Source of the DNA: a virus
Taxonomy: Duplodnaviria; Caudoviricetes
Direction: 5' to 3' (one strand)
DNA length: 51,286 bases
Virus record (IMG/VR): IMGVR_UViG_3300045919_000132
Coordinates: 1-51,286 of that record
A model generated the notes under the pieces. It did no database searches, had not been told where the DNA came from, and saw only the letters and a list, made by a program, of their open reading frames with translations. A program made the position numbers and the translations under genes. Below are positions 26,396-35,938 of the stretch, one piece after another. Every line of letters begins with the position of its first letter. The stretch's first letter is position 1.

Positions 26396-27331
26396 ATGTC
26401 TGGTATTATTTCTACTGGCTCGTTTGCTAAAGCACTCTGGCCCGGTGTAAAAACTTGGTACGGTCAAACCTATGACCAATACCCGGTTGAATGGTCGCAA
26501 ATCTTTTCGCAAAACACTTCCAAACGTCAGTTTGAAGAAGAAGTGGGTGTGTCTGGTTTCGGTCTTGCAGTTGTTAAATCTGAAGGCGCTCCGGTGCAAT
26601 ACGATGTGGCCCGTCAAGGGTTCACGGTCCGTTACCAACACGTTGTGTATGGTCTGGGCTTTATCGTTACGCGCGAGGCGTTTGATGACGACCAATATGA
26701 TGTGGTTGGTAAACAGAAGGCTACTTCGTTGGCTTTCTCGATGCGTCAAACCAAGGAAATCGTTGGCGCTAACATTCTGAACCGTGCTTTTAACACTTCG
26801 TATGTTGGTGGTGACGGTGCCTCGCTGATCGGCTCTGCTGGCGGGGGTGGTTCGGCAAGTCATCCTAACGTGTCCGGCGGTACTTACACCAATGGTGTGG
26901 CTACTGCGGTTGACCTTTCGGAAGCGGCTCTTGAGCAAGCTTCGGTTGATATTCAAGCCTTTACTAATGATCGCGGCCTTAAAATCGCGGTGATGCCTAA
27001 AGCCCTGATTATCCCTCCGGCGCTTGAGTTTGAAGCGGCGCGTATTCTGAAGTCGGATGGTCGCGTTGGCACTGACAACAACGACATGAACGTTCTGAAA
27101 ACTCTGGGCACGATTCCCAAGGTTATCAAGAACCACTTTCTTACTCTTGGTAACGGCGTTTGGTTTGTTCAAACTAATGTTGCGGACGGGCTGAAGTATT
27201 TTGAACGTCGGGCTGATTCGTTTGACATGGACAATGATTGGGACACTGAGAACGCTAAGTTCAAGGCTACTGGTCGTTACTCGTTTGGTTGGACTGATCC
27301 GCGCTGCATTTACGGTTCGCCGGGAGCTTAA
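26396..27331 (+). CDS. Major capsid protein (HK97 fold, Mu gpT-like)
   Basis: LWPGV, EEVGVSGFG.A..KSEG, LIIPPALE, RYSFGWTDPR; followed by a terminator. Confidence 0.88.
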   Translation: MSGIISTGSFAKALWPGVKTWYGQTYDQYPVEWSQIFSQNTSKRQFEEEVGVSGFGLAVVKSEGAPVQYDVARQGFTVRYQHVVYGLGFIVTREAFDDDQYDVVGKQKATSLAFSMRQTKEIVGANILNRAFNTSYVGGDGASLIGSAGGGGSASHPNVSGGTYTNGVATAVDLSEAALEQASVDIQAFTNDRGLKIAVMPKALIIPPALEFEAARILKSDGRVGTDNNDMNVLKTLGTIPKVIKNHFLTLGNGVWFVQTNVADGLKYFERRADSFDMDNDWDTENAKFKATGRYSFGWTDPRCIYGSPGA

Positions 27332-27340
27332 TAGTAACTT

Positions 27341-27366
27341 GATGGGGGATTAAGTTCCCCCATTTC
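27341..27366 (+). terminator. Terminator-like hairpin after the MCP
   Basis: ATGGGGGA-N6-TCCCCCAT-TTC. Confidence 0.6.
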
Positions 27367-27381
27367 TGTGAAGGAAAAATT

Positions 27382-27816
27382 ATGGCTCTTATTTTTACTG
27401 ATCCTAATACAGCAGGACCGTTTGATTCGTTTCAGGTAAAAGATGTAATTACCAAAGTAGTTAAGTTGACGAACACCAACTTTAGTACAACTGGTGTTAA
27501 TACTCTTGTGGCTACGCTTCCTGCGGATGCCTCGATTGTTGAAATTTCGTATTGGAATAAAACCCAGCTTGCTGGTGGTTCGATTTCAGCAGCGACTATG
27601 AGCATTGGTGCTACATCTGGCGCAACAACTTATGCAAGCGCGTTTAACGTGTTTACTGCTTCAGGTACGTATGGTTTTGTATCTCCGGTAACGGGGATTC
27701 TGCAACCGTATAACCCTCCGATGCTTGCCACCTATCCCTTGTGGATTAATGGTACGTCGACCACGGGTAATCCGACAAGCGGTGAAATTTACGTGATCAT
27801 CAAGTACGTTCGTTAA
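27382..27816 (+). CDS. Virion structural protein
   Basis: Thr/Gly/Ser-rich beta protein after the MCP. Confidence 0.65.
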   Translation: MALIFTDPNTAGPFDSFQVKDVITKVVKLTNTNFSTTGVNTLVATLPADASIVEISYWNKTQLAGGSISAATMSIGATSGATTYASAFNVFTASGTYGFVSPVTGILQPYNPPMLATYPLWINGTSTTGNPTSGEIYVIIKYVR

Positions 27817-27829
27817 TAGTTAAAAATCT

Positions 27830-27868
27830 AAAGGGAGGTTCTGGGGATTCTCGGAGTCTCCCTTTTTT
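27830..27868 (+). terminator. Rho-independent terminator
   Basis: AAAGGGAGG...TCTCCCTTTTTT. Confidence 0.75.
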
Positions 27869-27884
27869 CATTTAAAGGATTCAC

Positions 27885-28211
27885 ATGCAAGTTTATATTC
27901 GTCCGTTTAATCCTAAACCACTTCAAGGTGTGAATACCCTTAATCTGGCGGTTACAGGTACTACAGGAACAATTGCTCTTGGTGCATTTAAAAACCAAGG
28001 GCGACAATCAATTCGAATTGTCAACTCAGGAACACAGGTTGTGTTTCTTAATTTTTCAGTTGGAACAGGTACAGCTACTACAACAACTGATATGCCCATG
28101 CTTCCCAATACGTCGGAAGTGTTTTGGCTTGGTGAAAAAACTACAAACATTAATGCAATTGCTGCTGCTACAGGTAGCACTCTCTATGTGACTATCGGCG
28201 AAGGAGTTTAA
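27885..28211 (+). CDS. Virion structural protein
   Basis: 108 aa, beta-rich, AAGGA RBS. Confidence 0.65.
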   Translation: MQVYIRPFNPKPLQGVNTLNLAVTGTTGTIALGAFKNQGRQSIRIVNSGTQVVFLNFSVGTGTATTTTDMPMLPNTSEVFWLGEKTTNINAIAAATGSTLYVTIGEGV

Positions 28212-28213
28212 CC

Positions 28214-28834
28214 ATGCTTAGAGCAGTTGCTGGTGGCGGAGGAGGAGTAAAAGGCTCTAGTACCTTTGCTGCTCTTTCTCCAACAGGTAATACTATTGGG
28301 GATACTTATATGGTTACGGATGCCAATAATTCGTTGTGGTATTGGACCGGCAGTATTTGGCGACCCGTGAATGGAAGGTGCGTGCTGTACGCCGATGCAA
28401 CTTACACCCTGTCCCCCACCGATACCAATCTAAACACGATGTGGTCATACACGCTTCCTGCCGGGATCATGGGCACGAAGGGTACGGTGCGCGCCAACCT
28501 CAACTACTACCTTTCAAATTCAGTCAACAACAAAACCGTTTCCTTTACTTTCGGCGGCACGGTTTTGTGGCAGTACCCATTTTCCAGCGGGACGGGTGGC
28601 TACCAACTACTGAACACAGTTCACTACGTTCAGAACAGGGGCGTGACTAACTCGCAGATAGCGAACATCCCCGGCAACATGGTTGCCCCTTATGGAGGGC
28701 AATCCGCCAGCAGTGGTACAACCTCCGCCATCGACACAACGGCCCCTGTCACCGTTGCCATGACCGTACAGAAAGTTGTTGGCGCGGAAATTTTGCAGCT
28801 AGAGCGCGTCCTTTTGGAGTTGATCTACCCATGA
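28214..28834 (+). CDS. Fibre/spike-like virion protein
   Basis: GDTYMVTD...WYWTGSIW repeat-type motif plus a C-terminal beta domain. Confidence 0.55.
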   Translation: MLRAVAGGGGGVKGSSTFAALSPTGNTIGDTYMVTDANNSLWYWTGSIWRPVNGRCVLYADATYTLSPTDTNLNTMWSYTLPAGIMGTKGTVRANLNYYLSNSVNNKTVSFTFGGTVLWQYPFSSGTGGYQLLNTVHYVQNRGVTNSQIANIPGNMVAPYGGQSASSGTTSAIDTTAPVTVAMTVQKVVGAEILQLERVLLELIYP

Positions 28835-29307
28835 TAGAAGTTCCTACCCTCGCAGAGGCATACCGCATTCCCAACGTGATCGGCATGGTTGCGCCCTCAC
28901 AAACGCACGGCGCGTTGGTTTACGTTGTTGGCGATGAGGCAGCGTGGGCAGCGTTGCTGCCGCCCCCCTCACTCCTCATTCCGGCCGTAACCCCTTGGCA
29001 AATCCGCAAGGCGCTCAACGCGCTAGGACTGCGTGCTGCTGTTGAAGCTGCTGTAAAAGCATCAGACCAGAACACACAAGATGCTTGGCAATACGCCACA
29101 GAATTTCGTAGAGACAATCCTTTAGTAACAAATATTGGCCTTGCTTTAGGCAAAACATCTGAGGAAGTTGACGCTCTGTTTGAATTAGCATTAAATGATG
29201 GGGTGCCTACAGACAATCCATTGACTACTGCAAATGAAGCAACTTTGTCTTTCTGGCAAACACATTTTCCAACCTTTACTGCAATGTTTGCAACTTTATT
29301 TAAATGA
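28831..29307 (+). CDS. Fibre-associated (chaperone-like) protein
   Basis: VTPWQIRKAL...WQYATEFRRDNPL...VDALF motif. Confidence 0.6.
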   Translation: MIEVPTLAEAYRIPNVIGMVAPSQTHGALVYVVGDEAAWAALLPPPSLLIPAVTPWQIRKALNALGLRAAVEAAVKASDQNTQDAWQYATEFRRDNPLVTNIGLALGKTSEEVDALFELALNDGVPTDNPLTTANEATLSFWQTHFPTFTAMFATLFK

Positions 29308-29636
29308 AACTCTACTTTAAATCCGGAGCATGGAATGTAATCTGTGATGTATGTGGCAACAAGTTCAAAAACACCGATGTTAAAAAACGTTGGGACGGAT
29401 TTATTGTTTGTAAAGATGATTTTGAACATCGCCACGTTGCAGATTTTATTAAAATTCCTGCCGAACATAATAACGTAACTGATCCTAGGCACGAGCCTGA
29501 TGATCAATTTATTTCAGTAACATACATTGATACAGGCGACAGACCTGTTTGCACCCCACTAGGAAAATCTTCCATTAGCGGAGAAGCTGTGGCAGGGTGT
29601 ATGGTTGCTGGTAATGTCTACTTAGGATATTTATAA
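29304..29636 (+). CDS. Cys-motif phage late protein
   Basis: ICDVCG...WDGFIVC..DFE.RH. Confidence 0.75.
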   Translation: MKLYFKSGAWNVICDVCGNKFKNTDVKKRWDGFIVCKDDFEHRHVADFIKIPAEHNNVTDPRHEPDDQFISVTYIDTGDRPVCTPLGKSSISGEAVAGCMVAGNVYLGYL

Positions 29637-30055
29637 TGGCTCTTACAAATTTTATTGATGGCTCGACAAAAGTTATTTCTACGTGGTTAAACGGTGTTGA
29701 TGTCCTATGGCAAACAGTTTTTGGCGGGGCTACAACAGCAGCCCAAGCACGCACGGCTCTAGGTGTATCCGCTACGGGCGCGGACACCTCCTACCCGTTA
29801 AAAAGTAACAATCTTTCTGATGTTACTGCCGCAACGGCTAGAACTAATTTAGGGGTGGCTGCTAGTGGAGCAAACACGGACATTACCTCGCTTAACGCTC
29901 CCGCATTGGGGGCAGCAACCGCAACTACAGCAACCCCCAGTTCTGACAATACAACTAAAGTCGCAACCACGGCTTTTGTTCAATCCGCAATTGCCGCTTC
30001 AAGTGGCGCAGGAACGGACATTAATTTTTTTCTTGCCGCACGCGGCGTTATCTAA
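29636..30055 (+). CDS. Tail-fibre-like protein
   Basis: ARTALG/ARTNLG repeats, GANTDITSL, TTKVATTAFV. Confidence 0.7.
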   Translation: MALTNFIDGSTKVISTWLNGVDVLWQTVFGGATTAAQARTALGVSATGADTSYPLKSNNLSDVTAATARTNLGVAASGANTDITSLNAPALGAATATTATPSSDNTTKVATTAFVQSAIAASSGAGTDINFFLAARGVI

Positions 30056-30064
30056 AGGATTATC

Positions 30065-30478
30065 ATGGCAACATCTGCAATTTATTTTACTACTCCGGGA
30101 CAGGCACAAACGCAAGTAACAACATTAAATGCGGCGGTGGACGGAACCGGAACAATCGGCACAAACATGATTCAGGTTTTGGCTGGTAGCACAAACGGTC
30201 GCCGCATTTCACGCGTTCGCTGTATTCATGCCCTTGCCACCGCAGCTTCAGCCAATAAAATCAGTTTTTTTGTATCTTACGACAACGGAACGACAAAACG
30301 TTTTCTTTGCGACGTAGCTTTGGCAGCAATTGGTGCCCTGTCGGCAACGCAGCGTGGGGGCTATGCCGAAGTACCCGAATTAGTTGGTAAGGTTTTGATT
30401 GGTACAACAGCAATTCTGTACGCCGCCTGCTGGATTTCGCAGGCCGCGAACATTGACGTTGAATATAACGACGCTTAA
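30065..30478 (+). CDS. Virion structural protein
   Basis: 137 aa, AAGGA RBS. Confidence 0.65.
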   Translation: MATSAIYFTTPGQAQTQVTTLNAAVDGTGTIGTNMIQVLAGSTNGRRISRVRCIHALATAASANKISFFVSYDNGTTKRFLCDVALAAIGALSATQRGGYAEVPELVGKVLIGTTAILYAACWISQAANIDVEYNDA

Positions 30479-30480
30479 TC

Positions 30481-31131
30481 ATGTCTAATAAAGCAGCTTA
30501 TGGTCCGGGTGGAGGGCCTATCGGATTCGAGCGTGTCGGCCCTTGGCGCACAGACCCAACGGACCCCATTCAGATGGGTGCCCCATTTATCTTCCCCGTC
30601 ACCTCGGGCACTTTCAAATCCGAGTATGGTGTACTCTACAAGATTACCTTGCAGGGCGGCGGGTCGAACAACGGCGGCGCAGGTGGGTGGATCATAGCGT
30701 GGTGGGTTGGGACAGGCGGGATCGTCACCATCGCGGGTGGGGGTCTAGGCGTGAGCAGTACTTTCACGGTTGACGGGAAGACACTCCTCACCGCGACAGG
30801 GAGCGTGGCCCTTACTGGCGGCAGTCCTTCAGTGGACGCCTCGTTTACAGGCAAAGTGATCAGTGGGCAAGGTGGGGCAGGGAAGTACGACAACTTTTCG
30901 GATGGCAATCTAAACACGGTTTTCGTGTCTTTTGGCGGAAACTCCTTACTAGGTCAAGGGGCGCAATCCGACAAAAATGGAACCCTCATTCAAAGCTCCA
31001 CTGGATATGGAGCCGGTGGCAATCCATTTACTACCAATGGCGGTGGAGGTTCTTGCGCTATCATTGAGAAGGTTCTTCCCGCTCTGAACTCTCAAGCGGC
31101 CCCGTGGCAACCGGGACCGCCTCTAATATAA
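30481..31131 (+). CDS. Glycine-rich fibre-type protein
   Basis: GGG/GGAGG/GYGAGG motifs. Confidence 0.65.
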   Translation: MSNKAAYGPGGGPIGFERVGPWRTDPTDPIQMGAPFIFPVTSGTFKSEYGVLYKITLQGGGSNNGGAGGWIIAWWVGTGGIVTIAGGGLGVSSTFTVDGKTLLTATGSVALTGGSPSVDASFTGKVISGQGGAGKYDNFSDGNLNTVFVSFGGNSLLGQGAQSDKNGTLIQSSTGYGAGGNPFTTNGGGGSCAIIEKVLPALNSQAAPWQPGPPLI

Positions 31132-31137
31132 TTTGTC

Positions 31138-31446
31138 ATGAAAACTTTAATCATAATTCTCGTTGCTATTTTTGTATTATGGTTACCCTTTTCGTTGGCC
31201 TCAATTTCAAGTGTTTTTATTGCCTTTTGGGCTGTGTTTAGTGATCAAAACTACGCAAAAGACATTCTTCGTACACAAGACAAATTGATGTCAGCTTTAT
31301 TTGGGTGGGGTGGTGAATATACCGTTTCGGCCGAATGTGGTTCTCGTCGCCGAAATTGTGTGTTCTGTAAATCCATATGCAAAATATTAAATTTTATACA
31401 ACCCGGCCATTGCGAAGGGGCCGCTAAAAACGAAGGATTAATCTAA
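31138..31446 (+). CDS. Membrane-associated hypothetical protein
   Basis: Hydrophobic N-terminus; TVSAECG, C..C, HC motif. Confidence 0.65.
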   Translation: MKTLIIILVAIFVLWLPFSLASISSVFIAFWAVFSDQNYAKDILRTQDKLMSALFGWGGEYTVSAECGSRRRNCVFCKSICKILNFIQPGHCEGAAKNEGLI

Positions 31447-32165
31447 TGGCAACATCAGGCACTTATGTTTGGGAAATGACCCGTGATCAAATAATCACGG
31501 ATGCTTTGGGTATGGTGGGTGCCATTGATGAATCGGATACTCCAAATACAGCACAAATCACCAAAGCCGCTCGTTTCCTAAATGGAATTATTAAAACTCT
31601 TCCGGGGCAAATTGGTTTGCCTCTTTGGGCAACCAAGCAACAAGCAGTAACACTGACAGCTACTGCGCAGTACACTTGTGGTATTGGACAAACAGTTAAC
31701 ATTGCCAAACCTTTGAAAATTGTTCAAGCGTGGCGGCATGACAATGTGACTGGTGCTGATACTCCTCTGGAAATCGTTTCTATTGACACGTATAACCGAT
31801 TGGGCAAAAAGGATGTAACCGGTCCTCCGGTTCAAGTAGCATACGTTCCCGACAACCCCAGTGGTGTGCTTTACATGTACCCCACTCCGGATACATATGC
31901 TATTGCTAACTGTCAAGTATACATTCGGTATCATCGGCCTTTTCAAGACTTCAATGCTGCTTTGGACACACCGGATTTCCCTACTGAATGGGATTTGCCA
32001 GTTACGTTTCTTTTAGCTCACGCGCTTGGACCTAGCTTTGGTTTACCCAAACAAGACCAAGATGCATTAAAAGAAAAAGCAACCATGTATGCTGAAATGG
32101 CACAAGAACTTGGATACGAAAACGCCTCCTTGTTTATACAACCAGCATACAACCAAAGAAAGTAA
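31446..32165 (+). CDS. Head-tail adaptor (P22 gp4 / tail tubular A-like)
   Basis: MATSGT...QIITDAL, YPTPD, DFPTEW; podoviral gene order. Confidence 0.75.
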   Translation: MATSGTYVWEMTRDQIITDALGMVGAIDESDTPNTAQITKAARFLNGIIKTLPGQIGLPLWATKQQAVTLTATAQYTCGIGQTVNIAKPLKIVQAWRHDNVTGADTPLEIVSIDTYNRLGKKDVTGPPVQVAYVPDNPSGVLYMYPTPDTYAIANCQVYIRYHRPFQDFNAALDTPDFPTEWDLPVTFLLAHALGPSFGLPKQDQDALKEKATMYAEMAQELGYENASLFIQPAYNQRK

Positions 32166-32167
32166 TT

Positions 32168-33784
32168 ATGGCATTTACCAAGAATCCTGTCGAATCTACA
32201 TACAAGACACAAAGGCTTCCTTTTGTAGGCTCCCATAATTCTCGGGATGCTACTGGTTCTAAGGACCAACGCTACATTAATTGCTTTCCGGAGGCAGTTA
32301 AAAATCCATTAAACAATGGTAAACGAATCTATTTGATTAAACGTCCGGGGTTAAGTACTCAGGTTAATCCCGGCAACACGGCCAACGGCCGTGGTATTTT
32401 TTATTGGCAGGGTAGGATATACAGTGTGTTTGGAAACAAACTTTACTCCGGTACAACTCTTATCCTAACTCTCAACACTTCTACAGGTGCAGTAGGATTT
32501 GTGGCTATTAATGGTCCTACCAGTTATTTGTTTGCTTGTGATGGAACAGACGGTTATTTGATTACTACTGCCGATGCAGTGACTCAAGTTAATCCCACCT
32601 ATTCTGCATGGACTGCGGTAACGGCATTGACGTTAGGGACTAAACGGCGACCTACGGTTGCTAATTCGTTGTACTATGAGGTCACTACAGCGGGAACAAC
32701 GGCCCTTGGCGAGCCTTTATGGCTCACTACTGTAGGTAATACGGTGGTAGATGGAACTGTGACTTGGACTTGCCGAGGATATTACGGTGGATTTCCTAGC
32801 CCCCACCAACCGACTCCTGTGTTCTTGGATGGTTATGTATTCTTGTCACAGACCTCGACAGATAAGATTTTTAACTGTGATGTAGATTTACCTACTTCAT
32901 GGAATCCGATTATGTCTTTGTCTGCTGAAATGTACCCTGATAATATCGTGGCGCTTGGGCGACAAAACAATCAACTTGTGGCCTTTGGTGAAAACTCCAT
33001 TGAGTTCTTTTTTGATGCAGCAAACGTTAATCAATCTCCCCTTGCACGCAATGATGGCGCAAGTCAGCAAGTAGGTTGTGCAGGATTTAACTCCACCACT
33101 TCTTTTGAACAAAACATTTTGTTTGTGGGTGAATCTGAGTTAGGTGGGCGTGCTGTGTGGCAGATTGAAGCTTTCCAACCAAAGAAGGTTAGCATTGAAT
33201 GGGTTGACCGTTTAATCGATGCCGAAGGCACCAACATTATTAATTGCAGTGCTTTTACCATTCGACAAGGCGGACACCAGTTTTATGTTCTAAATCTTAC
33301 ATCCAGAACTGTGGTGTACGATTTGGAAGAAAAGATGTGGCATGAATGGTCGTCTAACAATGCTGGATCACATGGTCCGTTTAGTTGTCAGTTTAGTTGT
33401 GACTTCTCCGGGGCTGCTCTTATGCAACACACAAGCAACGGCAAGGTTTACAAATTTGATCCGCTGACATATCAAGATGACGGCACGGCAATTCTCGTAG
33501 AAGCAACCACAAGTCTAATTGATTTTGATGATAATGACCGTAAAGTTTGCCACAGTTTTGTAATAATTTGTGACCGTACAAGTGTTTCCTCAAACGCATT
33601 CATTAGTTACAGTGACAACGATTACGTTAGTTTTTCAACTCCGCGATCTGTAGACATTTCAAATCGTCCCTTTTTAATGCGACTTGGAATGTTTCGACGC
33701 CGAGCATTTAAAGTAACATACACAGATAATTTTCCATTTAGGGTCGAAGCAATTGAACTTTACATTAACAAACATCAAACATAA
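32168..33784 (+). CDS. Tail hub / packaged-DNA stabilisation protein (P22 gp10-like)
   Basis: INCFPE, KRPG, FLDGY, FGENSIEFF, GHQFYVL, YD.....WHE, RLG..R.R.F. Confidence 0.85.
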   Translation: MAFTKNPVESTYKTQRLPFVGSHNSRDATGSKDQRYINCFPEAVKNPLNNGKRIYLIKRPGLSTQVNPGNTANGRGIFYWQGRIYSVFGNKLYSGTTLILTLNTSTGAVGFVAINGPTSYLFACDGTDGYLITTADAVTQVNPTYSAWTAVTALTLGTKRRPTVANSLYYEVTTAGTTALGEPLWLTTVGNTVVDGTVTWTCRGYYGGFPSPHQPTPVFLDGYVFLSQTSTDKIFNCDVDLPTSWNPIMSLSAEMYPDNIVALGRQNNQLVAFGENSIEFFFDAANVNQSPLARNDGASQQVGCAGFNSTTSFEQNILFVGESELGGRAVWQIEAFQPKKVSIEWVDRLIDAEGTNIINCSAFTIRQGGHQFYVLNLTSRTVVYDLEEKMWHEWSSNNAGSHGPFSCQFSCDFSGAALMQHTSNGKVYKFDPLTYQDDGTAILVEATTSLIDFDDNDRKVCHSFVIICDRTSVSSNAFISYSDNDYVSFSTPRSVDISNRPFLMRLGMFRRRAFKVTYTDNFPFRVEAIELYINKHQT

Positions 33785-34254
33785 TGGCACTTCCACCCGC
33801 ACCAATTAATGTAACTGACAATAACTCATTTGTTTGGCTTGAGTGGTATCGCCAGCTTAGAACGTATTTGCAGACCTCTGGCAGCGTTCCTTGGGCCATT
33901 GTAGGTAAGGCAGGTAGTAATCTTTCGGACCTCGCCTTGCGTGCACATAGCTCGCTACAATCGGTTTTACCTGCAGGGGCTGTTTATCACTTAACAAGGT
34001 CCTTGGCTGGGAGTAAAGTATTTGACTTTCCCAGCATTGCAACGCTAACCAACTCAACAACAACTTTAACTGTTACAGGAGCACAGGTTGGCGATAGTGT
34101 TATTGTCAACCCCAGTGGAACAATGGAAGCAGGTCTAATTCTATATGCTTATGTTTCCGCAGCCGACACGGTAACTATTGTAGCAAGCAACCCTACGGCG
34201 GGGGCAATTGATCCTGCTAGTCGCACTTATTATGTTTCTGTTATAAAGGTCTAA
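33784..34254 (+). CDS. Tail protein
   Basis: W.EWYRQL N-terminus; VTGAQVGD...AYVSAADTV domain. Confidence 0.65.
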   Translation: MALPPAPINVTDNNSFVWLEWYRQLRTYLQTSGSVPWAIVGKAGSNLSDLALRAHSSLQSVLPAGAVYHLTRSLAGSKVFDFPSIATLTNSTTTLTVTGAQVGDSVIVNPSGTMEAGLILYAYVSAADTVTIVASNPTAGAIDPASRTYYVSVIKV

Positions 34255-34255
34255 C

Positions 34256-35938
34256 ATGGCACAACAATTTGTAAATGGTGAGTTAGTTGACGATAGCCAA
34301 AATGACCAATCGAGTCCAATGGCAGGACTGGCTTCCACATCAACCCCTACAGGAAAGCCGCAAGGCAATCCGTGGCAGTCAGTTGATTACTCCCCTGAGT
34401 TAATTAAATCCTCCAATTACGGAGGGTCTTGGGGCGGCATTGGTAAAGATTTGCAGGGTCTGGGTGACCAATATCAACTGGGTCAAGGAACGTGGGGTAA
34501 GGCGATGGATGCCTACCTCCAACACACAGGCAACACATCCAATGATCAGCAATGGTGGGGTCCTGAAGCTGCTAAACGAGCCTACATCCAAGGTCTTGGG
34601 TACATGGACCCGGATAAATACGGTAATGCTTGGAATGATTATCAAAACTCAGGTAAATACAATCAAGCGGCTGAAACTGCTCAACAGGGACAATCGGCCG
34701 CAACAGGTATGGCTGATCAAAAGAAAAATGGCGGGAGTGACTGGTTTAGTTCATTCCTCCCTATGCTGGCTCTTGGTGGAATTGGTCTTGCTACAGGTGG
34801 TTTTGGATTTGGTCTTGGAGGTTTAGGTGGGGCCGGTTCCGCGATTAACGCGGGAATTACCGGTGATGCAATGGCAGGATTCTTTGGTGGTGGCGAGGCA
34901 TTGGGTGGAGCAGGTGCAGCCGCCGCTGCCGGTGGAGCCGGGGCTGGTGAACTAGGCTATGGGTTAGATAACATCATTAACTCCACTGCCGGGGACGTTG
35001 CTGGTTGGGCTGGAAGTCAGGCCGGTGATCCTCTCTCGGGACTGTTTAGTGGGATGCCCAGTGGATTTGATCCGGGACTTGCCCAAACATTTATGGGCAA
35101 TGACCCTGCCGCAGCAACCAACATTGAACAGGCTTTAAATAGCCCGACACCCGCCTCAACATCAAATGTGCCTTATGCTGATGGTCAACCAATGCAGAAC
35201 ATTGGTAATATTCCTGATCAGGTTGGTCCCATTGATCCCCAAGCTCCCCAAGGACTGGATCAAGCCGTTCGTGGTGGACTGGATTCCCAAGGCGCTAATA
35301 TGCGCATGGGTGGTCCCGGACTTAACAACCTTTATGGTTCACCCGGCTCTGCCGGATCAATTAATGGACTCAATCCCGGAGCATCTAGTTTTCTAGGTAA
35401 CACTCCGGTTAACGTATCGCAGGCGGCTATGAACCCTTCTTCGTTTGGTCTTAACGACATCTTTAAAGCATTTCAAAGTCCGGAAGGCACTATTGGCCGG
35501 AAGCTCTTTGATTTGTACAATCAAAATCAAAAAGTTGGAGCTTATAAAGACTTGATGAGTAAGTTTCAGTCGCAAGGCGATCCGGGAGCACCTTTCCGGC
35601 AACGGCTGCAAGCTTCATATGATGATCCCAATTTCTTCAAGAATATGCCGGAGTATCAGGCTGGGATGGATAACTTCAATCAACAGTACGGTGCTACAGC
35701 AGCTAAAAATGGACTCCGTTCCCAGATGGGTGGTACTGCCCAGAACATTGCCGTTAACCGTGCATCTGCCGGTTTAGCTGATACGTTCCGCAGCCGTCTT
35801 GCTCAAATGGCAGGTCAACAACCCAATATGTCTGGTCAAATTGGCCTAGCCAACAGTTTAGTTTCAGCTCAGGGTAATCAATTCAATACGTTGTTTGATC
35901 CTAGCCTGTGGGCGGCCATTTCTAAGTTGAGTGCATAA
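34256..35938 (+). CDS. Internal virion / DNA ejection protein
   Basis: Gly/Ala/Gln-rich with a hydrophobic segment; first of three genes after the tail hub. Confidence 0.65.
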   Translation: MAQQFVNGELVDDSQNDQSSPMAGLASTSTPTGKPQGNPWQSVDYSPELIKSSNYGGSWGGIGKDLQGLGDQYQLGQGTWGKAMDAYLQHTGNTSNDQQWWGPEAAKRAYIQGLGYMDPDKYGNAWNDYQNSGKYNQAAETAQQGQSAATGMADQKKNGGSDWFSSFLPMLALGGIGLATGGFGFGLGGLGGAGSAINAGITGDAMAGFFGGGEALGGAGAAAAAGGAGAGELGYGLDNIINSTAGDVAGWAGSQAGDPLSGLFSGMPSGFDPGLAQTFMGNDPAAATNIEQALNSPTPASTSNVPYADGQPMQNIGNIPDQVGPIDPQAPQGLDQAVRGGLDSQGANMRMGGPGLNNLYGSPGSAGSINGLNPGASSFLGNTPVNVSQAAMNPSSFGLNDIFKAFQSPEGTIGRKLFDLYNQNQKVGAYKDLMSKFQSQGDPGAPFRQRLQASYDDPNFFKNMPEYQAGMDNFNQQYGATAAKNGLRSQMGGTAQNIAVNRASAGLADTFRSRLAQMAGQQPNMSGQIGLANSLVSAQGNQFNTLFDPSLWAAISKLSA

